From contig CM000432.1 in the NCBI GenBank assembly GCA_000165345.1, positions 896,001-960,000 of the forward strand: a stretch of DNA of 64,000 nucleotides. The letters are read 5' to 3'. Position 1 is the first letter of the stretch; the number at the start of each line of letters is the position of its first letter. Position numbers and translations under genes: made by a program. Below are positions 11,805-20,441 of this stretch, piece after piece. The notes beneath the pieces are model-generated. The model was given only the letters and a program-made list of their open reading frames with translations. It ran no database searches and was not told where the DNA came from.

Positions 11805-12222
11805 TTAATGTTCTTCAGCTTTGTGGATAGGATTAATGAGTGGAAACATTTGAGAAAGGTAAACGCAAAACCACATAATCCATAGGCAGAAAGTCATCAT
11901 TACTACCACAACAAGTGAAATCCTGAGAAGGCAAAAAAGTTATTAGTAGGTAATTTGCAGTTCTAGCCATCGTTTCAATGCAAAATTGATCTGTTTTGTA
12001 TTACTTTTTGTAAACAAAATCAGCAAATGACCAGAAGAAAATGCATCCTTTGACTAACAAAAGATACATATCCAATAATTAAACTTACTTAGCAGTATCA
12101 GATCTGGAAAGATTCTTACTTCCCTTAATACCAAAATATACTGTTGAAGAAACCGCAGCAATGAAACCCAGTACTCCAAAAATTATTGAACCAAAAATCG
12201 CATTATCATAAGGAGGAGCCAT
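11805..12222 (-). CDS. VMA9: V-type ATPase V0 subunit e (ATP6V0E/Vma9 homolog), 83 aa, two exons: 12089..12222 and 11805..11922, intron 11923..12088
   Basis: Not in the ORF track. Exon 1 encodes MAPPYDNAIFGSIIFGVLGFIAAVSSTVYFGIKGSKNLSRSDTA. The donor GTAAGT overlaps an in-frame TAA. A polypyrimidine acceptor (cttttttgccttctcag) lies 166 nt downstream. Exon 2 continues in frame with KISLVVVVMMTFCLWIMWFCVYLSQMFPLINPIHKAEEH*. The two-helix product aligns with subunit e (human [31 protein letters not shown], yeast MMFLMWAITFLCQLHPLVAP). A G-box GGGCGGGAAAG (12360-12370) sits about 140 bp upstream. Confidence 0.7.
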
Positions 12223-12827
12223 AATTTCTCAAATACTTAATAGTAACTCCAGAATCTCTTATTCTTTATTTTATAAAGCTATTTTCAAGCCTTTAATTTT
12301 ATTTTTTATATTTATTATTTTTTTGTATCTTTATATTAATTTTTTAAATTATTGGCTTTGGGCGGGAAAGTATTTCCATTTAATTACTATGTGACAAATA
12401 ATTACCCATATTATTAAGAGGGAAAGAAGGTAAGCTAAATGTTAATAGAGAAATTGGGAAAATAAAATAAAGTAATATTGGTTAGTGTTAAAAAATAAAA
12501 ATAATATCTATGAAAAAACAAATGTAATGTATAAGAACTAACGTTGTATAGTGGAATTTGATAAAGTTTGATATTTTTCCATTATATGTTGAGTAATGTC
12601 TTGAATAGTATTTTAGATGTAGAAGATTCAATTTCTAAGAAGAAGAAAATAAACTTTTCAATTTATTGTATAGCTAATTATATATTAATCTATTAGTTTA
12701 CAATATATATTCACATTTAATATTAGAAAATTTATTTTGGGATATTATATAATATATAGCGAAATTCAAAATATTTTGATAATTTTTAAAAAAAGACTAT
12801 TTCGAGGTTTATTGGTGTGTGTAAGGT

Positions 12828-13955
12828 ATGGCAACTATTAATAATGCAGTATTTTTGTCAGATGATGAAGAAGATGAATCCTTTCATGGATCTGATGCCT
12901 CTTCTATAATAGAAGGTGAGAGGTAAGTCTTTAATAAATTAGATGGATTTTTTTTTTAAATATATTTAATTTCTACCACTTTAATATTTATGAACATAAA
13001 AGTTCTGAAGAAGAGGTTTCTAGTTCAACAAATAGAAAATCGAAAAAATCATCTTTAAAAGATGTAATTAATGATCGAAAAGTAGAAAAGATATACAAAG
13101 AGTTATTGGAAGAATCTAAAAAGGAATTTCAAGAAAGAGTATCTACTGTAAGTAAAGACCATTTTATGTTGGAATTTCAAAAGAAGTGTTTTGATCCATT
13201 AAGAAAGAAAAATTCGAATTTACATGAATTAAGACATTATGTAGATCTTGGTGTAAGTTTACAATTCCTCAAAACTAATGGAGAAATTGTTTGGAAAGAA
13301 TTATCAGAGAATTCTCAGCATAACAAAATTAATATAAGTTATGAAGCAAAGAGATTATCACAATTCTTACTTACTTAATCTCCATTTGATAATCGATTTT
13401 CTATTCACTAATTTCTTAATCACCTTTTCTTATAAATAGATTTCCAAAGTATTTGAGAATCCAATAAACTTTGATATTTCAAAATTCAAAATTTCGAGCC
13501 GAAATCTGAGCAAAGAATCAGAGAAAGAAACACGTAGGATGATTGAGGAAGCTCTAGGAAGTTTAGAGGAAAAAGGAGTGCGATATATTGATAAGAAAGT
13601 TAAATATGCAGGTGAAACGTACACTATTAAAGAAAAAGTCGACCCGGAGACATTTTCAAGGAAAAAAGCACGAACATCTTCCACAGGAATGCAAGCTCTT
13701 GATGAAATTGTTGCTAATCTTAATAAGGAAATTAACATTAACTCAATACAAAAATCACACTCTGATTGGACTGAATTTAGACAGATGGCGGGCCTCGAAT
13801 CTCAGCTTGAGCGCCAAAGAAAACATGGCTATATTTCAAAGACGGCATTTCTGCAAAAAGCAGATTGGAAATTACATGAAAAAGAACTTGAGATTAAGAG
13901 AAGAAGCGGTGGTAATAACAATATTAGCAGTAGTAGCAATGCAAGCGGTAACTAA
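12828..13955 (+). CDS. SWC5: BCNT-C domain protein (CFDP1/Swc5 homolog), about 287 aa, three exons: 12828..12922, 13003..13252, 13440..13955
   Basis: Acidic N-terminus (MATINNAVFLSDDEEDESFHGSDASS) typical of Swc5/CFDP1. C-terminal KSHSDWTEFRQMAGLESQLERQRKHGYISKTAFLQKADWKLHEKELEIKRR matches the BCNT-C domain. Two GTAAGT...AG introns (12923..13002 and 13253..13439) join three ORF pieces in frame. The ORF track shows them as separate 90-aa and 138-aa ORFs. The second intron is less certain than the first. Confidence 0.65.
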
Positions 13956-14345
13956 AAGATAAAGGTGTTGATTTAAACTTCTCTTTCCCCTCTTTTCCAC
14001 TCCCACAGAACTGATCTCTTTTAAATTCAGTAATTAATCTGAAAAATATGAGAATTGTACTTATTAATGCTATAGAGTAGCAACAACTAATATATTATTC
14101 TAAACAAGTTATATTTTCTTAACTAGCTTTATAATTGGAAAAAAAAATGTGGATGTGCGCGCCTTTTATATTTGCATGCAAATTTTTTCATTTAATACTT
14201 ATTTTCATGTTAATTTGATAATGATTTCAAAATATTGATTTTAATTAGGCGGGAATACTTATAAATAAATTATATATAGATTATTATTGTTAAAATGGAA
14301 TAAACATATAATGATAAATTCGGATATATCTTAGAATGATGATAT

Positions 14346-14357
14346 GGGGGGGGGGGG
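14346..14357. repeat. G12 homopolymer directly abutting the HemK2 stop codon
   Basis: Twelve consecutive G in a roughly 30% GC context. Reads as C12 immediately 3' of TAA on the coding strand. Confidence 0.9.
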
Positions 14358-15122
14358 TTATTTTGGAGTTAACTTGAGAATGTACAGATGTTCTAGCTGA
14401 ACTTTTCGATCAATAATGAACTGAACATTCCAACCAGAATATCTTGGTTCTTTCAAAATTTGCTCAAGTGTGAACTTAGGACAGTTATTTTCTTCTAAAA
14501 GTAAATAACATACTCCTTTTGGAGCTAAAACATCTACCAAAGATGGAAAACTATTAAATTGATCTTCAATTCGAATAATTTCTTCTTCTTGAAATTGGTG
14601 GCTTGTTTCTGATAAAATCAGTCTATTGTCACCGAATAGAAAATAACTCACGAAAAATAGACCATTGACCCCACCAGACCATGCTGAATCAATACCACAA
14701 TTCAAAATTGACTGATTAAGCTCTTTATTTGAACTCGGTACATAAGGAGGGTTGAAAATAATTATTTCAAATAGCCCTCGATTCCTATTCAGACAAGTAA
14801 AAAGACTCATTTTTATTAATTCTATTGGACTGTTTATTTTATTGTTGGAAATCACTTTTTCCGACATTTCCAATGCTTTTGTATTTACATCTACCAAATA
14901 TGAAATAGGCAAAGAAAATTCTGCATCCGATTCTTTAATTATTTTCAATAAACATGCCGTCAAATATCCGCTTCCGCATCCTATTTCACAAATGAGTCTT
15001 GGTTTTGCTTTCAAAATCTCATTCTTTTCTAAAATTAATGCATCCTCCATCAAAAAAGAATCTTCTGAGGGTTCATAAACATTTTCCCAATCACTCTTCT
15101 TTGTGAATGATAGGTCTATCAT
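14358..15122 (-). CDS. MTQ2: eRF1 glutamine N5-methyltransferase (HemK2/N6AMT1/Mtq2 family)
   Basis: 254 aa. VYEPSEDSFLMEDAL matches N6AMT1 VYEPAEDTFLLLDAL. SAM motif EIGCGSGYLTACL. Substrate motif IIIFNPPYVP (NPPY). Confidence 0.85.
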   Translation of the reverse strand: MIDLSFTKKSDWENVYEPSEDSFLMEDALILEKNEILKAKPRLICEIGCGSGYLTACLLKIIKESDAEFSLPISYLVDVNTKALEMSEKVISNNKINSPIELIKMSLFTCLNRNRGLFEIIIFNPPYVPSSNKELNQSILNCGIDSAWSGGVNGLFFVSYFLFGDNRLILSETSHQFQEEEIIRIEDQFNSFPSLVDVLAPKGVCYLLLEENNCPKFTLEQILKEPRYSGWNVQFIIDRKVQLEHLYILKLTPK

Positions 15123-16168
15123 TTCTAAAATTTTTAAATATTATCTCAACTTTTAATCAATTGTTGTACTTGTAACTTAATATATACTTTAAATAATTAC
15201 TTAATCTCTGAATTACTACTTTTTCCATGTAATTTCTGCCTACTCAGCTCTTTGTTATTATTCTACAAATTTGTACTATATTCTTATTTGCATTCTTAAT
15301 TTAAATGACAAATAATCACACTTTGCCAAATTGCCGCCGGCGCCATCAGATTTTTATGCATAACAACCTAGTACCTGCGAGACTAAATGAAATATATATA
15401 CATATATTAATCTATTTAAAAAAATGTTTTAAGAAAATAAGAAGAAATTCATTTTCAAAATAATTAACAAATATTACAAATCTAATTTTGTTAAAAATCC
15501 TGACAATCTTTTCTCCTAATCTTTCGTGATCTCAACTTCTTTGGAAAAAAAAAGCAAAAAGAAACGTTTTTTTAACAGACAAGTTATTAATAACATAACA
15601 AACTTGTCTATACACTTTGATTCATTATCTATAATTAATACCTTCTTATTTCTACTATTAACTAATTATTCACACTACATCTTCCAAAAATTCCCGTCCT
15701 AATCTTATTTACCCCCCCGTTGTTTATTCCGGACTCCGGAGACAAGACGTAGGAGGCTATTGAATTTAATTAATGCCTTTAATAAATATAGTAGAAATAA
15801 GGTGGCGGTATTAATAAAGAAAATGAATAGTTAATAAATAGCAATATTATAGGTATAACGAATATAGAATATGAATCAATTAACAAATAAGTCATAATTG
15901 GATTTTAAGGGGAGTTTAAGGGAAATTAATTAATTAATATATATATTTATTTGTGTATATGTATAAATATTTAAGTACATTTTTATAGTTAAACCGACAC
16001 TGAACAAGTAAATAATAGATTATTGGAACAACTCTAATTATCTATTATTTGACAGGAATTGTCAGTAAAGATTCATTCAAATTAAGTTTTCTATTTGTTC
16101 TTATGTACTCGAGGCACTCAATAATTTATGAGAGTTTGATAAAAAAAATGTTCACTTTGCAAATTTAA

Positions 16169-18109
16169 ATGAGATTGAGAAACTGGTGTATCCTTTCAAT
16201 CTTCATACTTCTGATTAAATCGTTAGATAATATATGTTTTGCTTCTAATGGAGAATTTAATTCGTTAACTATAGCTTCATATACGCAGCAAAATCAACAA
16301 AGAATAGCAACATTAGCAACTTATAAAAAGAAGATCAATGATTCCAATAAAAGGATATTTAAGCTAAAAAAAATCATTTGTAGAATATTACAAGTACAAC
16401 AGGAAAATAATCAAACGGGATTTAATTCAAACTCTAAAGCTACAAGAATTTCAGATAGACATCAAGATGCCATTGTTACTACTAGTGGAAGTAATAATAA
16501 AAGTAGTACTTCCGATAATGATGAACTTGAAAAGAAACTTTCTGAAGTTGTTGTATCTTTATTAGACGAACAGGCTAAATTCGCAAACTTGATATTGAAA
16601 AGAATAATAATATTTTGGAATCCAAGTTTAAACTTTGGAGTTGATATCTCATCTAAAGGAGCATTAGAACGAGGATTTCTTGATATGCTTGGTTTAGGAG
16701 ACAAGCAAATTTGGAGTGGATCTAATTATGGTGGTAAACTTATAAGAGCTACAGACTCTGAGAATAGAATACAAGAGTCTCTATCAAAATTGATTAGTCT
16801 TACTGAATTATATAGATATCTAATGGTACATAACTATCTTCATATTATTGGTTCCATTTATAGACATACAAAAAATTTTGAAAGAACTGTCAGATCAAGA
16901 CTTAGGTTATTTAAAAAAATGAGAGATAGGCTGGTAAGCACAAGAGATTCTTTAGCTTTGATATTAAATACAGATTTACCAGATGACGTTAATTTACCAC
17001 ACCCTATTTCTCCTCCTTGTTATCTTAATATGGGAGAGAATTGTAATGAAGAAATGTATAATCAAATCTTGAATGAAATAGCTTTTTTCAAAACAGTTCA
17101 AGATGAGAATAGAGAGCTTTCAACTAGAATTCGTGATGGATCATGTGGAAACCATGAAGTTACAGGATGTACATTCTGTGAAATCAAGAAAGCAAGGATA
17201 TCTTTGATTGAATGGGCATTTAATGATATTCAATCAGATTTAACTAGACTAGAAAGGGATTTGAAGCTTTGCCAGGAAACAATTAAACGGAATAATGGAA
17301 ATGATTTATCCATTTCCAAATTTAATAGAGGCGGAGGAGGTTTTGAACCAAACTTGGATTATAACATTTCTGATTCTTCAGAAACTATGCTCGGATATGG
17401 ATCTAGCGAGCTAAGCAATGATCAAAATGAAACCAATTCATATGGTAATTTTTCAAGTGAATTTGGAAATAATGCAAGGCCAACAGGAAACATGAATAGA
17501 AGATCACGAACTTGCTCAAGCACGGAGATTAAAAGATATAAAAGAAGATCCTTTCATCATAAAACGTCAAAAAAGACTTCGAAGCGTAGATATCTTAAAT
17601 CAAGGAGGACAAAGACAATTAGGAAATCTAAAGATTGCGATGCTGATCCTTTTTTAGCGGATAACAATAATGATGGTGTATCAAATGTAAGTAGTTCCCA
17701 CAAAAATCAAATTCATTCCACAGATTCTAAAAATAGTAGCTCACCTTCAGGTTTTAAGAGTGATTATAATAACAGAAGAAGATCTATATCAGGAGGAGGC
17801 AAACAAACAACCGAAAATAATGATCTGGGTATATCTTCCCCCTTTCTTAGTACCTCTGAAACTAGTAGTCATTCTTCAGATTGCGAATATGAGTCAGAAA
17901 CAGACGCATCCTCACCTTTTAATGGTGAAACAAATTCTATTACGAATACACCCGAGATTCATAGCTCTGTAAGTCCGAAAAGTACCGTATCACCGGAAAC
18001 CAAAAGGGGCTACTCTTCAGCTCCAAATGATTCCATCCAATCGCTTAAAACTGAAGTTCCACAATCTCTCTCCAACACACAAAACAATAAAAGAAAAAAT
18101 AGGAGGTAA
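16169..18109 (+). CDS. hypothetical secreted protein (646 aa) with signal peptide, coiled-coil middle and basic Ser/Arg/Lys-rich C-terminal tail
   Basis: N-terminus MRLRNWCILSIFILLIKSLDNICFASNG is a signal peptide. Tail has RRSRTCSS, KRYKRRSFHHKTSKKTSKRRYLKSRRTK. True ATG at 16169. Confidence 0.6.
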   Translation: MRLRNWCILSIFILLIKSLDNICFASNGEFNSLTIASYTQQNQQRIATLATYKKKINDSNKRIFKLKKIICRILQVQQENNQTGFNSNSKATRISDRHQDAIVTTSGSNNKSSTSDNDELEKKLSEVVVSLLDEQAKFANLILKRIIIFWNPSLNFGVDISSKGALERGFLDMLGLGDKQIWSGSNYGGKLIRATDSENRIQESLSKLISLTELYRYLMVHNYLHIIGSIYRHTKNFERTVRSRLRLFKKMRDRLVSTRDSLALILNTDLPDDVNLPHPISPPCYLNMGENCNEEMYNQILNEIAFFKTVQDENRELSTRIRDGSCGNHEVTGCTFCEIKKARISLIEWAFNDIQSDLTRLERDLKLCQETIKRNNGNDLSISKFNRGGGGFEPNLDYNISDSSETMLGYGSSELSNDQNETNSYGNFSSEFGNNARPTGNMNRRSRTCSSTEIKRYKRRSFHHKTSKKTSKRRYLKSRRTKTIRKSKDCDADPFLADNNNDGVSNVSSSHKNQIHSTDSKNSSSPSGFKSDYNNRRRSISGGGKQTTENNDLGISSPFLSTSETSSHSSDCEYESETDASSPFNGETNSITNTPEIHSSVSPKSTVSPETKRGYSSAPNDSIQSLKTEVPQSLSNTQNNKRKNRR

Positions 18110-18121
18110 AGACCGACTGCA

Positions 18122-18148
18122 ACGGCGCCGGCGCCGGCCAAGCCCCGC
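18122..18148. promoter_or_regulatory. GC-rich element CGGCGCCGGCGCCGGCC...GCCCCGCC (doubled E2F-like core plus G-box-like) in a 3'-3' intergenic region
   Basis: A 27-bp stretch that is mostly G/C, 13 bp after the stop of the 16169 gene. No nearby 5' end of an annotated gene. Confidence 0.4.
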
Positions 18149-18361
18149 CAACTCTCTATGCATTTTGTTTAGCAGAATTTTATGAGTGAGAAATCCGAAA
18201 GAAAATTGTAATGTATGGAAAAGAAATAACTTTATAAACATCTTGTTATTTGATAGCCCACATTTATTGTAAGGAATTATGATTATTCATGCTATTGGAG
18301 CTAATTGTTAGACTTTGAGAGTTAATACACGATGGTTGTGCAGAGCTACTTTGCAGATGTG

Positions 18362-18390
18362 TATATATATATATATATATATATGTATAT
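18362..18390. repeat. (TA)n microsatellite
   Basis: gtatatatatatatatatatatatgtatat. Confidence 0.85.
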
Positions 18391-18951
18391 TTTACTTCTC
18401 ACTAGAGGATGTTATTTTTTGGTAAATATTGCGAAATATTGAAGATATTAAGATAATGCATAAGAAGAGATAAGAGAGGGATGCATTTTCTTTTTATTTT
18501 CTAATTTGAGAGAAAAAGTTACTTAAATTTATTTTAGAGCTATAGTGTAAGATGTTTTGTAGTATATACTTATGGCATCTTCATTTTATGTTTATGGTTA
18601 CACATGCTGGTATTAGTGGCGGATTAATTTGAAGTTTTCTTAGATTTTTTTTTCTTCCGAATTCAAATAATCACGAGCTCTAATTCTTTTGCTAAATTCC
18701 AGCTAAGTTAGAAAGATGTTTCAGAGGCGTATATAGGGAGAAAAAAGTACTGAATGTGGGGAGTTCATACTGGGGGTAACAAAAAGTTTGGAATGTTTTA
18801 TAATATGGGTCTTTCCCGAATTATATATATTTAGTAATTCACTATCTTTTTACTTAAATCTACAAGGTGGGTTCAGGCTTTGAGGGAGGTATGAATTTGG
18901 ATACTGCATAGAAGAAGTAATATTTTTTGTTTTAATTTTCTTCCCGATCTT

Positions 18952-19378
18952 TCACTCTTGCTTATCAGCTTCACGCTTTTTCTTTTTTTCCTCTCTATTT
19001 TCAGAAGGGAGCCAGTTAACTTTGTTTCTGCAATACATTGGCCAGGAAGGAACACAAACCTGAAATTAAGAATTAAAAATGCAAAATTATTAATTCCCGC
19101 GACTTACTAGAAGAGTGATAGCCAGACCTAATAAAGTTGTCAGTACCGTATAATAGAACTTTTGGTGGTAAAATCCAATAATAAACGACATAATCCCTGT
19201 TAATATAACCAGTCGTTCTTGAATCTTATATGCTAGATCTTGTCCGGAAAAATCCTAATTTTTCAGTAAATGTAAGTGTTTTTAAGTTAAAGTGATCAAT
19301 AATTATTTCTTTTTCTTTTAAACTTACGTGAATATTTTCCTCTAAACAATTTTTGATGTGTAGTATTGTTCCTAACAT
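18952..19378 (-). CDS. SPCS1: signal peptidase complex subunit 1 (SPCS1/Spc12 homolog), 101 aa, three exons: 19328..19378, 19108..19254, 18952..19059
   Basis: Spliced product MLGTILHIKNCLEENIH|DFSGQDLAYKIQERLVILTGIMSFIIGFYHQKFYYTVLTTLLGLAITLL|VCVPSWPMYCRNKVNWLPSENREEKKKKREADKQE*. It aligns along its length with human SPCS1 ([28 protein letters not shown]...[22 protein letters not shown]). Both introns are GTAAGT...AG (19255..19327, 73 bp; 19060..19107, 48 bp) and phase-consistent. Only the last exon appears in the ORF track (18873..19055). Confidence 0.75.
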
Positions 19379-20441
19379 TGTATTTCTTTTAATCTTTTAC
19401 TTTTCTTCAGTTTGTAATATTTGCAGATTTTCAAGAAATAGGTGATATATCTTGAATATATATAAATATATATTTTGTAGTTAGAATAAGTTAAGTTTGA
19501 GTGTACTGTGTGTGGGAAACTGTTTATTTAATTTCTATATTTGAAATTCTTAAGAAGAAAAAAAACTTTAATTTGCTCCTGTAAAAGTTGGTATTATTAT
19601 TTGTTATTTTAGACTCAAAAGAATTTTTCCTATTCGGTACCTTGAGCGTGTAAATTGTATTCTTAAATCTTGTGTTTATTGAAATGAGTGAAGTAATTAA
19701 AAAAAATACTCTCTAATTTTTAATTAATGAGGTATTTTTAATTCTCGCACAGTTTGATTTTTTTTCATTTAGGTTTTTTATTTTTTTTTTACATATTAGG
19801 GTACCTAGTTTAATCTGCCCCCTTAAAACTTGTATACCGGCGAAATTATAATTTAAAAAAAAATGCCGGTATTAAAAATTATAATTGGAAGAGAAAGCCC
19901 GCCCAAATGCCAATTAGGGACAAATAATAAAATTAATTAGAGACGGAAAGTAATAAATGAAATAAAATAATTAGTAAACGGTATTGACATTAATTGAGAT
20001 GCCGGTTGAATGAAGGAAAATTGAGAAAAATTGAAAAAACTTTATTTTCTCTTTTTTTTTTCTATATATATATAAGAAGAAAAACAACAAAGAAAACGCA
20101 GAATAAAGTAGAGCCCTATAAGTGGGAGGTTCTGTGAGAAGTTTGTTGGGTGGAAAAGATCAAGAAAATAAAGAATAAGGTACTACTATTTGAGAGGTTA
20201 GAATAAAGGTTATTGGATAATAATATCTGATTCTTTGGGTTTCAAAGTAATAACTGATTAACTGGATAATACTAGTAAGATTCAGTAGAGCTTATAAAAG
20301 AATCAAAGTTTGATAAGTATAATAATATAAGAGATCATATTATAGGATACCTAAAGATTAATTATTTGATATCCCATTTAAGATTGAATACAATTATTTA
20401 TAGAATAGGAAGATTTGTGTACATATTAGGAAAAAGTAATC

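Noticed and set aside
13106-13955. Two separate small genes (90-aa and 138-aa ORFs)
   Set aside because: Both are joined in frame by a GTAAGT...polyPy-AG intron and together form the BCNT/Swc5 protein. The 13106 start is a TTG, not ATG.
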